Assembly: GCA_009602725.1 (NCBI GenBank) | Contig: WELB01000010.1 | Coordinates: forward strand, 278,025-330,686 | Origin: Spirogloea muscicola | Taxonomy: Eukaryota | Length of the DNA: 52,662 bases | Direction of reading: 5' to 3' | Shown: piece after piece, positions 1 through 13,771 of the stretch | Position numbering within the stretch: position 1 is the first letter of the stretch | Layout: the number at the start of each line of letters is the position of its first letter | The notes under the pieces: generated by a model | Databases searched by the model: none | What the model saw: the letters and a program-made list of their open reading frames with translations, nothing else | Told to the model about the DNA's origin: nothing | Translations under genes and position numbers: made by a program

Positions 1-1321
1 GCTCGGAGATGGTGCCTGGGTTTCTGTGTCGTGACGTTGCTGTTGCTGGGGACTAAATATGTCCTCTCTAGGTGTGTCTTAGGGTAAGAGTGCGTCAAAG
101 ACGACGTCGAGTGCCACAGTCATGACCCGATGCTTCGGGAGATACACTGATCTGCATACTTGAAAGTGAGGCTTGTTGAGCAGGCTTGCCTGCTTATTCT
201 CTAATTGCTGACTAGTAGAGACAGCCTTTGACTTCTGCTGCATTTGTTGCAGATAAGCACCAAAAGCAGGGGCAGGGTATGTGGCGGCAATAGAAGTCTG
301 TATAGACTTGGCAAGGATTGTGGCAGATGTCGAGAAATGCCTGGAGTGTGTAAGATAAACTGGTACACTCACAACTTGGCACAGTGCATGGCATCCAAGG
401 GGGCATCATAACAGCTATACTGCGCCATGTACACAGCCCTTTTATCTCTATCCAAGTAAATACCGAGGGCTTGTATATTCTTAAGATGAAGTCAGTAGTG
501 GCGCGAGACAACCTCAGCAGTCCTTCCGGTGAAGATTGACTTCATCTTGATGAATCGTGATGGATCGAAATTTGTGCATTGGCGCTTAACCAATGTGGAC
601 AGTTGAGTGCTTTCAATTCTCCTGTGACACTGCCTGTGTAGCACAGTGCTGAGCTCATGCGTCTAATGCGTTTTCACACAGATCAAGGTTGCTGTACTCC
701 ACTGGATGACAATGAAAAGCAAATCAGATTGTGGCGGTAAATCTCAGACCTCTTTCCTTTGTACGCTCGAGACAAAGTTGCGTGATGCAAACGAGACCTA
801 TACTATCTGGTCGGATGGCATGAGAAGTGAAGGAGAATGGTCATACTTGGGCAACAGAGGCTTCCGAGGATGATATTCATCACAACACACGCCGGCGTTA
901 TCATGAAGGCAGAAGCTCAATCATTCTTCGGTGTTCGAGTGTCAGGCTGGCCAGAGGCCAGAGGTTACAGGGCATGTGGCACTTCAGCAGGCCCTCCAAT
1001 GATTCCACTTAGCCATGCTTAAGTCGTTTTGGCTGCAGGGCTGGCATCTCACAAGGTGGTGTCTTTCAGCTTGATGTACTTTTTCATTTGGGGGAGTGAA
1101 CATGTTTACAAAAATTACAAAATTTATAAAATTTACAAACAATGGGAAGCACTGTAAGGTGTGGAAATGTTTATGGCATGAGAGAGCTGCTACATGCTGC
1201 AGAGTACTCTTCACAAGCCATTGGCCCGGGCTTAGAACATGGATTGGACTGCTAGTTAGAGCACTTGGGTGGGAGGAGGGAGAAAGTAGCGGAAACTTAA
1301 GGGAAGCTCTGCAATGCCCAG

Positions 1322-1721
1322 AAGGAAGGAAAAGCTTGCGGGGCGCATGAAATGAAAAGGGAGGCTAACTCAAGCCAATACACAGTTCAAGCAGAGGCGA
1401 ATGCAAACTAAACAAGGCTACATGACACAGAGACATAAACTAAGGTGCCTAAGGTGACATTAGTACCCACGGGAGAGCACAAACAAATCGGACAAGCTAA
1501 CTTGGGGAGCTGGAGCGCCGCCACGAAAGCTGGAGGCCTGACTTAGAGCGCGCCCTGCACGTTGATGAAGAGCCAATGCTTGCGAGCGCAGCAAACAAAG
1601 CGAGAGCCGCATTCTATAATATGCAATTAAGGCCTGTGGAATGCTGGAGTGGCCCAAGCTGCCCCCCCCGGCTTTTACGACGCGCATCAACCAGCCGGGC
1701 CAGATGCTGGATCAGGGAGGA
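1322..1721 (-). mobile_element. 5'-truncated 3' fragment of CRE-like non-LTR retrotransposon, family A
   Basis: Closely similar to 35791-36183. Encodes ...LIAYYRMRLSLCLLRSQALALHQRAGRALSQASSFRGGAPAPQVSLSDLFVLSRGY* followed by the same 3' UTR. Similarity stops abruptly at ~1721. Confidence 0.9.
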
Positions 1722-2426
1722 AGAGTTGTTAGAGTGTGCATGGTTGGCACATTGGTCGGCATGGGTCACAGAAATTGTACTACAGTTGGGTCCGGCAAAC
1801 CGGTCAGTGCAGTCCTCTGTGCGCAGGTGGGTCATGGTGGGCTGTCTGAGCCTCCCAAGGGTCCCTGCACAGTCGCAAGCAGTCAGCTCGCATGGCGCCC
1901 AGCCGACTGCTATGGGTTACTGAGCGGGCATATCAGTGGTATCTATATGCTCTTATGCTCCGGCTCCTTTTGGACCTTGTAAATTTCTTTTGTGGGCTAA
2001 CTTTTCACAGCCCCCGCATCCTTTAAGAAAGATCTGCTTTTACAACTATTACAACTCTTCAGCAACTTTTACGAACTTTGTTCATTATTTTTTCCCGGAT
2101 GGCCTCTCTCACAGCCACCGCCCTCTCCTGGAAGCGTCGTTCTCTCTTTTTACAACGGCTGGTGCCCGCGAGACGACGAGGTCCATCGTCGCCCGTCGAC
2201 GCCGCGCCGCGCGGTCAGTGCCCGCGCCGCCGCCCATCCCCGCCACCGCCGCATCCGCGATTGCCGTGGTGCCGCCTGCCGCTGCAGCTCATCCTGCAGT
2301 CGCCGGTCGCCACGGCGGCCGCCGGCGCCCGCCGCCGTAGTAGCACTGTCCGTCGTCTGCTGGCTGCGCGCCACTAGCTCGCAGCACCAGCAGCAGGAGC
2401 ACCAGCAGGGCCAGTCCGCAGGGGCC

Positions 2427-5400
2427 ATGGCAGTGCGCCTCCGCCGCAGAGGCCGAGCTCTCGGGCTCGTGTGGCGCCGCATCACTGAGCCGGCGTCGTC
2501 CGTCCTCCGCCTGCGCTCTTTCGTCCCCGCCCGCGCCGCCTGTCGTCCAGGTTCCTCGCTGCGCCTTATGGGCGCGCCCCCCCATCACAAGCCTTTCTTG
2601 GGTTTCGTGCGCGCGCAGAGGCAGCGCCGGTGGCTCGCGCCCCGCCGTGGGAGCCGCCGTCAGGTCCTGCTGGTCGGCAGCAGCAGCTGCCGTCCGCGGA
2701 CGACGCAGCCGGTGGCAAGGCCCCTGCCCACGACGCCGACGCCGGCGGACACCATGCGCTGCAAGAGGGGCCTGCGAGGCTCTTTGGCGTGGAGCTCTCG
2801 CCGGACACGGTGGCCATCGCGCTCGTGTACTTTGTGCAGGGCGTGCTGGGCCTCTCCCGCCTCGCCGTCAGCTTCTTCCTCAAGGATGACCTGGGCTTGG
2901 ACCCTGCCGAGGTCCGGCTGCCGCCTACGTCTCGCTTGGTTTTAGCTGGTGCTGCTCTGGTGCATGTCGTGCATCGGCTGCTGCAGACAAGGATGGTCCT
3001 ACCTCTTGCGCAGTACCAGTAGTGTAGTGATCACGGTCGTCAGTAGACGGGTTCCTGTGCTGGCACCTCTGATGCTCTCGTCGTTGTGGACGCAGACCGC
3101 GATGCTTTCGGGTGTGTCTGCCATCCCATGGCTGATCAAACCTCTGTACGGCTTCGTCAGGCGAGTGCCAGCCAGCCGCGCGCATCAACCTCTCTGGGTC
3201 TCTCCAATGTGTTGGCGTCACGCATGCAAGCGAGAGGCAGGCAGCCGTCTGCAGTTGGAGCAGTCCACCCAGATGGAATTCGACTTGCTACTCCATGTCT
3301 GACAAGCAAGCAGGCTTTTGTGGGCCTGGATTCAAAGTCTCAGCCTTGCGTTCTAATGATCGGGAGCCAAACCTGTCAATTATCACCTTGGGGCTTTTGC
3401 ATTTCCTTACTTGTGCTGCCTTTGTTCGTCTCAATGCAGTGACGGTCTGCCCTTGTTTGGCTACCGGAGAAGGTCCTACCTGGTCCTCTGCGGCCTCCTT
3501 GGCGCTGTGTCCTGGAGCGCACTCGCCTTCTTTGTGGACAACAAGTACTCTGCCGTCGCCCTCATCTTCCTCAGCTCCCTCTCCGTAGCCTTCTCTGATG
3601 TGGTGAGCTTCAAAGACTCTCATCTTATACAGATCCTCTTCATAGTTCTCTTGGATTGTTGAGTTGCTGGAACAGGCACCAGAGGTCTGGGCAAAGACTG
3701 TCCAAGCTTGTGAGCTGTATATTGGTCTTGATACGAGTTTTACAGCCTGAAGTTTGTAGGTTGATGCTGCAGAGTCTGGTAGCTCCAGGTTGTCGTAGTT
3801 GGAGAGGATGCCAGAGATTGAGTTATCTTTGGTGGTTAGCTGATTGTGCTGATGCTTATTGTTGCTCAAAGACCCCTGCACAGGCAATATTCTGGTATCT
3901 GTCGCTTATCGTACATATGAAGGCTGCCTTGCAGGTTGTGGACTCGATGGTGGTTGAACGATCCCGGGGCGAATCACAAGGCATGGCAGGATCGCTGCAG
4001 TCACTCTGCTGGGGCTCGTCGGCTGCAGGGGGCATCATCAGTGCCTACTTCAGCGGGTCTCTGGTAGAGACCTTTGGGACCAGGTGAGGGCCTTGCTCCG
4101 AAGGCCACGAGGCAGCATGGCCAAGCTCGGCTGGATCCTGGTGGAGTTGAGCCTGAACCTTTGATGAAATCATGTCCAAGTTGCTGATGTGCTCACAAGG
4201 GTGTCCAAGTCAGTGCTTCAATTTGCGATCGCCCACATCTTTCCACTGGCCTTTCTTGCTTGTCTGCTGCCTTGATAGGATGTAACTGATCACCAAAAAA
4301 AGGAGAAAATTTGCTCGAGACATGTGGCCTTGGGAGTCTCAAGTCTCTGACCTCACCGACGGTGTACTGGGGTGGCTATGGGAATTGAGGGCATGTATGG
4401 TCAATCTAGGCCATTGGCTGTTGCTTTAATTTGCAAATCCCTGATGGCTGGTTGCTGTGGTCTGTTGTAGGTTTGTATTTGGCGTTACTGCCATACTCCC
4501 GCTGATGACGTCAGCTGTTGCAGCACTTGTGAGGGAAGAACCAGTCAAACGATCCAACACTGCTTTGCAGTACGGCCCTGCCTCCTCATCCGCCATCCAG
4601 AACAGCGCAGCCTCTGCAGGAGAAGGGCGGCCGAACGAGGATTCTGAGCTCCTGACGACAATAAAGACCCAACTCACCTACCTTTGGGAGACAATACGAC
4701 AACCAACTATCCTGCTGCCGACCATCTTCCTCTTTGCTTGGCAGGCTACGCCGCAATCAGATACTGCCATGTTCTATTTCACGTATGTTAGTCCCTTCTC
4801 TAATAGAACCATGCGGACGTCCTTACTTGGCCTGTTCATTTGCAATGATGCCAAGTCCTGCCTTTGTTGCCGCTTCAAAGTTCACTTGACCTTATGCAAC
4901 TCCTCCATGAGCTGCAAGCGGTACCTGTTATTGATTTCCACGGCTGTCTCTGCTGATTACTATCAGAGCTTTACGATTTTGCTTGATGCGATGCCTGTGC
5001 TGGACAATGCCTGTTGGCTGGCATACAAGGAAGATTGGAATGTGACCTCAGACCTGGGGCTCTGTGCGACAGGACTGGCAAGCTGCACTTCGGGCCGGAG
5101 TTTCTGGGACGAGTGCGGCTGGTGACATCAATAGCCTCTCTCTTAGGAGTTGCTACATTCAATGCGTATTTGAAGGAGGTACCTCTAAGGAATTTGTTTT
5201 TCTGGACAACAATCACAGGAGCTGTATTAGGCTCTACCCAGGTAACAAGCTTCGCCTCTGCTTGCTTGTCCAAGTTTGTTACACCTCGGGGTATGAGCAA
5301 GTGCTATGGTGGGTGACACATGAGGTGTCTATTCATGTCTTTCTCCTTTTGATTGCACCTTTGACCCCTTGTCTTGCCACCATATACCATGTCATCCAAC

Positions 5401-6005
5401 TAGTAGCCCTGCTTCTCCCTGAGGTTCAAGGGACACTCAGCTTGACAGCTATCTTCTGTGCTGCCTTGTCTGCATCCGGCAGCTGTTGCTGGTGACGGGT
5501 ATCAACAGAAGCCTTGGGATCAGTGACCAGTGGTTTGCTGTTGGGGACTCGCTGATCCTTGGTGTTCTTGGCCAGGTAAATGCCCCAATATAAGTAGATC
5601 AGTTGAGATATTCTCTGCAGCAAAAGTGCAAGCAACTCTGGGCTGGCATCACATCCTTAATGTCAGCTCTCCCTGTCTTTGCAGGTCTCCTTCATGCCCG
5701 TGCTGGTCCTCTCAGCTCGGCTTTGCCCTCCTGGAGTGGAGGCCACCTTGTTTGCGACTCTCATGTCTATCAGTAATGGTGGTGGTGTGACCGGTGGACT
5801 GGTGGGGGGTGGCTTGACGCACTTGCTTGGGATCACAAGTGCAAACTTTGACAACCTCGCAAGTTTGCTGGTGGTTTGCAATTTATCATCTTTGCTGCTC
5901 TTACCTTTCCTGGGGCTTTTGCCAACAGAGAGCGACATTGAGGCAGCCAAAGGAGAAGCACAAGAGTTGATTGAGAGCATAGAAAGAGATAAAGCTGATT
6001 CCTAG
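2427..6005 (+). CDS. Folate-biopterin transporter (BT1/FBT family, MFS), probably plastid-targeted; ~9 exons
   Basis: GT-AG exons ~2427-2550, 2619-2911, 3097-3160, 3440-3602, 3935-4084, 4471-4782, 5073-5241, 5483-5575, 5685-6005. Motifs: [95 protein letters not shown]. Arg-rich N-terminus; start codon inferred. Confidence 0.93.
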
Positions 6006-7176
6006 GCTGCCCTGCAAGCTCGCCCCACGGCGTTTACCTGCATGTATCGATCAATTATATTGTAGAGTACTCAAGAAACTGTTTAGTATTTGTACAGATT
6101 CTTTGATATCCTCAGTCATTCGCTGTGTTTGTTCCATTAGCATGCCTACGCCCCCCCTTGACAAACTCGAGCAGGCGTGCTCATGGAGCGCTCAACTAGC
6201 ACACATTACTGGACGTTGTCAACCTCACATGTCCTCATGCTGCCGATGTCAGACTGGGGAGGCCATTGAGCCACTCAATCATCCGTGACTGTCCTGTTTG
6301 CAGCTTGTGAATGTGTAGAGATCACGTTGTGCTTCGATATCATACCCCATCATATCATAACATTTCAGGTGGGTATTGTTTGATTTTGGAAGTCTGACTT
6401 GAGCCCTCGTCAAAGTCAATGACCATCCCTACGACTATCTGGCACGTTCAGTCGATCTTCAGCACTGCATCGCTACTACTTCAGCACAATAAGTGTTGCA
6501 CAGCCACTTGCATGTAGTGGTGATTGAGGTTCTGAGCATCAATCACTGCCTGGACTGCACTCCGGCACCTTCAGACCTTGTCTACATCTTTGGGCTGGCC
6601 AGTCAATCTGGCCGCGCTTTCTCTGGACTGACTATCTCCAGACTGACTCTTCCAGTCCGTCTCTGTGGATGTCAAAGACTGGGAGGTCGCTTAGCCTTCC
6701 AGCATCAAAGTGACTCCCTGCACCAGGCAATCGTGATGAGCCCCATGCTCTTCAGTTGCACCGACAAGGTCGTCATTGGCTGGGTGGAATGGGCAGCCAA
6801 GACCGAGTCAACAAAGGCACTGTAGCATTGTGCTCACAGAGGCTGGGTGTATTTGACAAGTGTCGGAGATAACAATACAAAAAGGTAATCCATGGTTGCA
6901 GAGCACACCCAGCAGTGATGATGGGGTATCTTCGTGGCATGTGTGATCTTCTCATCACCTGTTTGCTCTCGTATGAGCTGCCTGGCTCACAATGTCGAGT
7001 TGCCTCCATGCTCCGGTCCAATCTGACAAACTTCCACGCTTTACTTTAGTGACCAATCCGAGGATAGATCCACAAGGAGTCCAAAGCCAAAAGAGCTGCT
7101 ATCAAGTCACGTCTTTCTAAGACTGCTTGACAAGGGCGACCTCTGGCTGTGTGACGACGTAGGCAGACAAATTTCT

Positions 7177-10100
7177 TCAACTCCCGACAACAAGACTGAG
7201 ATGCACACCTTTGTCATATGAGGCTCGCCTCTTATAACAGCATTCTTTCAAGTGATCCTGCAGTGAGATAAAGCATTCCTTGGTAATAAATTTACCATTG
7301 CCGTGCATTTGGAGGGCGCTTGCGCACCTCTCTGGAGATGAGGGTTGTGGTGTATTCTTGTCAAGCTCTTGATGGACGAACTTTTCATTTCTCGCATGGA
7401 CCCACTCCTTGACTTCAAGGTCAAGGCTGTGCACCATCTTCTCCAGGGAGTCACAACTCATTGTACTCATACCGCTGCGAACGCGTTGCCACGGTGGTTT
7501 GCCCCTATCTTCACTCTCGTGGACTTCCTCGTAAGCAACTGCAGGTTCACATCTCATCTCAGATGCAGCGTTACTCCTATGATAGGAGTTCGTTGCTATA
7601 GTAAATGGTGTCATCTCTGCATCAACAACTTGGCTGCCTCTTGTGCGCCGCGGGCCACGTTGGGCAGCTATCTCACGATCCAGATCTCCGAGCATGAATT
7701 CATAGTCAAGGGCCGCCTTCTTGACTGCTCCAAGAAACTGGGCATTAGAGTCGGACTTCTGCATCGAACTGCTGAGCTTGGCCGGGCTGTGTTTGGGTGC
7801 TTCTGCCCGGTGCTCGTCTCGCACAAACTCCTGAAAGGATCCTTCCTCCTCTTCCATGCCTGACGTACCATGAAGAGCTCTACTCTTGGAGAAGGAAGTT
7901 GGAGTTCGGCTTTCACACAATCGAGCAGCAGCATCTCTGACTGGAAGCCCCCTAACCAGGTCTGGCTCGATCATAGTCTTCAAGTATAGCGCAGAAAGTA
8001 CATCATCAACCTGCTCGGAATCATTGATGAAGATGCTATCAGTTGAGTTACCAAACGCCGAGCTAGCTGCCACACGTAGAGATACCTCAGAGACGACATT
8101 GTTAAGGTCATCTCCTTCGCTCCACAGGCTGGCAGCAAAGGCTGGCACATGCTCCTGCTGCTGCTCCTCCTGCTGCTGCTGCTGCAGCTGCTGCTGGGAG
8201 CTGTGAAGTGGTATCCCAGACTGCTCGAGAGCTGGATCAGGGCTGCCCCACTTCGGCACTGGCATAAGTGTGTTGTCTGCGTCAGCAATTGCCTCATCGC
8301 CGTTACATGAAGCAGAATTGGAGTTCGTGAGGTCCAGTGGTGAAACTTCCTCATTGCTGATGTCAAGGGCCCTGGCCAGACGCTGTTGATATCGTGCATG
8401 TTGTTTTCCTTGAGAAGGGTCTTTGCTTGAGGCTTCTGTGCCTGGTTGGGACGCCGGGAAACTCCTAGCGGGTGGGCTTGACTCCTGCACCACGTCGCTA
8501 GAAGGGCTTGTATCTGTATAGGCCTCGCTGGCCTGCCAAAGACCCCCGATTGTGCTTGCCATGTACTGCCTGACAATTGGTGAAGGCAACAATACAGGAT
8601 CTGCCAGTGCTGGAGCGTTACTTGTACTCCTTTCTGTTACTCTGTGCTGCTCAAGCCATGACATAATTGAGTCCACGGGGATGGCTGTGTGCTCATAGAC
8701 AAGGGCTTTGGCCAGACCCTTTCGACCTGGATGACAGGAGCAGCGCGTCAGTGCAATCATGTCTGGAAGGTCAGGCTACACCTAATTCAGAAAGTCGCTA
8801 CTTATCCATCTACATCAAGTGATTTGTACTGCTTGCAGCAGCATAGTATATTACAAGGTAACATTGTCAAAAGTGCTCAGCAAAATGAACAGCGTCTGTA
8901 TGCATGTCAGAGCAGCTAAGAATCACTGGCCGGCATGTTAATTTCACCTTGGACTTTCTTGGAAGCCAGGATGAGCAGGCAAAGGTTCCCTTGCTGACTA
9001 TATCCAGCCGCTCCAGGAGAACAGGATTGGTTACTGATGAGCAAGCTGTGACGCCAATCACGTCTCCATGACATTGTTTAGGAGCAGCTGCTAGATGCCA
9101 CAAGCTCAACAGCAGCTCACTCACCCCATTATAGGATGGTCATCGTAAGCAGGCAATGCAGACGCCCAAATGACCACCTGACATGAGCTGGGCCCGTTGT
9201 AGCTGTTGCCTTCGCTGTGCACGTCGCTGTACAACAGTGTAACGAGCTTCCCCATAAAGGTCCGCCCCTTTGAGTTACTACATACACCTCCTCACCTTCA
9301 CCAGGACAAGGGCCTGCAGTGCAATGAGGAGCTCAAGAGCTCAGGAGCTTGCCAGATATGCATAGCGTTCAGATGCATCCTCCAAGAGCACATGCACAGG
9401 CTTGTGCTCGTGCATCAAGTGGTCTGAGACAAGCCATATGGAGCTTAAGGTCGTAGATTACCGAGATGAGAATATAAAGGATAGCCAACACAAGCAGCCC
9501 ATGCTTCAAGACGGTGGACAAAACTATATATACCTGTCATATCCACTGGCTTCAGGCCTGCCTTTGTCATGGTGCCTGTCTCAATTTCCTCGATAGCAAC
9601 GACAGAAAGGTTGAGCGCAGGGTCTGTAGCAAAGAACCTGGCACACGGAACACACAGCAGCTCATGTCTGACACATACGCAGGCCAAGAAAATTAGCTAA
9701 TGGCATAAACTTTGTACCCTTAATTTATTCGTATTCGAATCCGCCAGCATCACATAAAGCAGCAGAGCCAAGAAAAAGGGGTCATGACAGAGAGTTCGCT
9801 GTGTCAACAGCTCCAGTATTTCCGTGACTGACGCCATATCGAGTTCCTACTTCCAATACTCGACAATGTTGCATAGGCAGGAGAATGGTCCCGTGCTTAT
9901 GAGGGGGTTTTTCTTGACGTAGGGGTAGCATACAGGCCCCATGTCGTGGTAGTAGCCTAAAGCGGCATGCATACGGATGACGTGATTTGAGCAGCGCAAA
10001 TGCAAAGGCAGAGGATGGAAACCTCCAAGGCTGCAGCTTCTTTATCAGCTGCAGTCTTCCACCAGCTTGAGGTGAAGGCTTCAGGTTCTTATCATCCGGT

Positions 10101-10415
10101 CTCTGGCCTTCGAAGTCAAATCCAGTGACGCTCAGGAGCACCTCTCCACCAGCACCGGAGTCGCGCTCAGGCAGCACGTCGTGCGTGGTAAGGATCAGAT
10201 TGTCAGCAAGTAAGAGTCCAAGGTTTTCCATCACGGCATATGAATCCCGTTCGCTCGACTGTTGAAGATTCGTGAGGACGGCGCTGCAGCCACCGCGCAG
10301 ACTCCGTATTTTCTCACACCGAAGACGGCTCTGTGCAGGAGCTACCCGGGAACGGCCAGCTGTCTTTGGACGTAGCCCTCGCCCCCAGCAGTGCGTGAAC
10401 GTGCTGATCGGCATC
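7177..10415 (-). CDS. Multi-exon uncharacterised plant-type protein: N-terminal trypsin-like peptidase-fold region and long low-complexity/disordered C-terminal region (both ends uncertain)
   Basis: Exon peptides GLLLADNLILTTHDVLP and RFFATDPALNLSVVAIE resemble the His- and Asp-strand motifs of Trypsin_2-like domains. A 527-codon open exon spans 7177-8760 with a poly-Q tract. Further small 3' exons towards ~6500 are likely but were not resolved. Confidence 0.55.
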
Positions 10416-10961
10416 GTACGTCTGCTGCGTGTAAGCCACCCGACTGTACGAGTTACAATCCAAGTCCGTGGTAGAGCTCTTAGAAGCTGACAGATTCGAA
10501 GGCATGATATGTGCAAGCAAGGCAGTGAGGCCACCAACCTTGATGCTTGGTCTGAAGACGGGACGAGGTAAGCACGCTCAAGCGTCTCAGTATGAGTGGT
10601 CTCCAAGTAACTGCAGTTGACGCCGTTGTGCGGTGATGGCAGGTCGACTGCATGCAGCACAGCTGGCACCTGCAAGACCTCAGCGACACCGAGACCCCAG
10701 GAGCAGGAAGCGCGCGCCAGGGGCGTTTCGGGGGGCCCGGGTCTGACCTCGCGGCGAGGCAGCGGCGGAAAGGACGGCGGAAAGGACGACGGCGGCGGCG
10801 GCAAGGACGGCGGCGGCGGCTGCAGCGCCGGGGGACGCCAGGCGGCTGATCAGAACTCGGAGCGACCTCGGCGGGGGGAACGAACGGCGTCGAACGGTGC
10901 CCGTCAGACGCCCGCCGTTCCGTCAGACGCCCACCGACGCAGACGAGCCTGCCTTCTCCCT

Positions 10962-10971
10962 GCCACGTGGC
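10962..10971. promoter_or_regulatory. Palindromic G-box (GCCACGTGGC)
   Basis: Perfect 10-bp palindrome in the divergent intergenic region; function not shown. Confidence 0.4.
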
Positions 10972-10988
10972 GCGCGTCACCCTACTAA

Positions 10989-11186
10989 CAGAAAAGAAAG
11001 CGGCTGCTGATATTAAAAAATCGGCTGTAAATTGCCAGCCAGATGCATACAGGTGTTCATGACGGAGCCAAAGGCTAGGCAGACAGGGCGCTAGGCAGAC
11101 AGGGCGCCCTCAATACCCCCGAGTCAGCAGTAGGAAGTCAGATGAGCTGAGGGGAGGAAGAGCAACCCCGCTGCGCAAACCAGAGA
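10989..11186 (-). mobile_element. Short 3' fragment of CRE-like element, family B
   Basis: Encodes SGLRSGVALPPLSSSDFLLLTRGY* followed by the 3' UTR shared with 22703-22866, 44372-44560 and 52141-52328. Carries a private 16-bp tandem duplication (CTAGGCAGACAGGGCG x2). Confidence 0.9.
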
Positions 11187-11260
11187 AGAAGGGCTCGCCC
11201 ATTGAGAATATGGGCTGGAACAGCCAGCCCAAAAAAGAATGAACAGAGTACAAGAAGAGG
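11184..11260 (-). mobile_element. 3' UTR fragment of CRE-like element, family C
   Basis: Minus strand reads GTACTCTGTTCATTCTTTTTTTGGGCTGGCTGTTCCAGCCCATATTCTCAATGGGCGAGCCCTTCTT, similar to 41722-41785 (+), 45570-45645 (-) and 45920-45978 (+). Confidence 0.75.
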
Positions 11261-11624
11261 GGGGGGGAAGCCAGGCGAAGCCCTAAGGCGAAGCAGCAGA
11301 AATGACAAGCACACAAGAAAAAACAAAGCAGCTACTAACCACTCAGTAACCCCTGCTAAGCAGAAACCAGAGGCTGCTGCGGGGAACTAACGGGGAAACA
11401 GAGAAGCTCGTCCCGTCGGAGTGTAGTCGCTGCCGCTAGGGGTCGGGCCAGCCCGCGGGCGCTGGCGGCATGCGGCCCGCCGCCGGCGCNCCCCGCCGCC
11501 CCTCCATGGCCAAGGCCCTGCAGCTCCCCGCGGGCCCACCACGGCCGCCGCGCGGCAAGCCCATCTCGAGCGCGGGCTCGCGAGCGGGGCATGGCGCTGG
11601 TGGGCACGCCCCCTGCCCGAGCTA

Positions 11625-13326
11625 ATGAGCCGCTGGGTGCATTTGGCGGCGCGCAGCCAGGGCGATGGGGCCCCCGCCCCAGCCGCCGCGCCGCCCGCCG
11701 ACCCGCTGGCCCAGCTCAAAAAGGACGGTGCGGACGCCGTGCCTGCCTCGCCGCCATACGCAGCCTCGCGATGCTCGCCAGCGCCAGCCCGAGCGCAGCT
11801 CGGGCTCTGCTTTTCCAGCCCACTTACTCTGTCCTGCGCTGCACAGCACAACACTGCAAATAACAAGCAGTGCAGTGTTGCCGATCGCAGGACCAGAAGG
11901 CGCTGCTTGCTCTGACGCTTGACGCCTGTTGCTGCAGCCAAGAAGGCCAGGGTGGACGCGCTGTGGGAGCAGCTGAACGGCCCCAAGAGCCCGCCGGCAG
12001 CTCCCACGAGGGCGCCCTCCCTTCCCAGAGCTGGAGGCGCCACCAAGCCACGCTCCAGCACTCCTGTAAGTGCTGACCAACTCAGCTGCACCCCTGCTGT
12101 TGTCAGTGCACACGAGGGTTACTGGACTTGATGATGCTCTCCTCTGTGCTGCACAATGCTTCCCATCCATGTGGACCTCATTAGTTGGTTGGAGGACAGA
12201 AAATTGCAGCGCCAAATTTCCTGCCCTTCTGTGTCTCGTCCTGTGAGGTTGGTGCATGCACAAATTCAGCTAGGCAGGTGGCTGATAGTGAGTGCACACA
12301 ACAGCAATCACCTGCAGGCTTGGATGATGAGCTTGGGACTTATACCAAAGACGACGAGTACAGGAGGAACTCTTCCTTCTGCACCCCCAGCAGGGCATGC
12401 TTGGAACAAGGCAAAGGACTACGACAAGGGGTCTGATATTTACAAGGGAGCAACGCCTTCAGAGAGACTTGACAAGAAGGAGGACGAGGAGCGCGCCAGG
12501 GAACGACGAGAGGCAGCCAGAGCTGCTCTTCAGTTGGTAGCTAGTGCTGCTGCATCTAACCTGAACGATGGCAAGGTGAAGGTGAGCAAACAAGTCCTGT
12601 TGATGGTCATCTGCTACAAGAAGGCTTCCGTCTGCAGCTTCAGCCTGCATATGCATAAGCATGTGCACAGCTACCTGCTTCTCACTGCACGAATTTGCAG
12701 GTACAGTCACCTTGGCCCTGTGCTCACCTAGTCTGACGTGCTGGTGACTGCTGCCACCATCATGAACAGATCACTGAGGTCAAAGATTTCGCTGGTGAGA
12801 AGATTGAGGTGGTGCGGATGGTGGAGGCGACATCCAAGGCTGCCCAGCTTGAACAGAAGCGAAAAGCAGAAATGCAGGTGAAGCCTTCAATTAGTGCTCA
12901 GCTCGAGTTGTCACTATCTCATGGGTCTGCTCTTCCGCACACCACTGCGGCAGTGACTTTGATGTCGTTCCTGCAGAGCACTTGAGCAACTCCACTTTTC
13001 TTCTAACAGTGATGCTTCAGAATGCAAAGGTACTCACAAGTCATCTATGTCTTCTTTGCCTGCCACAGGCGGCTTCTTCTCGCGGTTTGGATACCATGCT
13101 TGAGCAAATCGAGAAGAAGAAGAAGCTGAGCATCATTGACAAGTCCCGCAAGGACTGGGGCGAGTACAAGGATGAGAAAGGTGTGGTGAACGAGCTCGAG
13201 GAGTACAAGAAGAGCAGCGACCAGTACTTGGACAAAGTTGCTTTCTTAGGACGTGCTGAGCTGCGGGAGTACGAAAAGGAGCGGGAGGAGAGGTTGGGCG
13301 GTGCTAGACGACCACCACCTGCCTAG
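11625..13326 (+). CDS. SWC5: BCNT-domain protein (SWR1 complex subunit SWC5 / CFDP1-like)
   Basis: Exons encode KKARVDALWEQLN, ITEVKDFAGEKIEVVRMV and GLDTMLEQIEKKKKLSIIDKSRKDWGEYKDEKG...DQYLDKVAFLGRAELREYEKERE, the BCNT C-terminal domain. Start codon uncertain. Confidence 0.88.
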
Positions 13327-13771
13327 CGTACACCTACTAAAGCTGGCTGCACTATTGGAAATGAGGAAGTCGGTGCGCCTCGCATCTGTGTTGAGTGTCC
13401 ATCTTGGGCTGTGTTGTGTTCCAAAGGGGGGTGGCATGGTCTGCTTTCAGAGGAGGCATGGAGCAAGCAGAGGGGTCCGAGCACCGCGTAAATTAGGCAA
13501 CAGTCACCCTTACCTCTGGGCATGCAACCATGTTTCATGCAGCTCAATTGCAGTCTCCAGCAAAGGGCCTGCATATCGTGAGCATGTATGTGCTCAAGCA
13601 AGTCTTGAAGCTCCAACAACGCCATAACCAGAAGACATGATCACGAAGCGGAGCGGGAAGATATCCTTACACATACATGGTGTTGGCCAACAAGAATGTA
13701 TACAAGGCAAGTTAAGACTGCTGGATAAGCTACATGAGATGGCTATGGGCTGCCTTTTAAGTTCGCTCTAG

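Noticed and set aside
1..1320. Short ORFs and an AT-rich imperfect 9-10-bp repeat at ~1106-1140
   Set aside because: No recognisable domain or exon chain; possibly decayed TE or the end of a gene outside the window.
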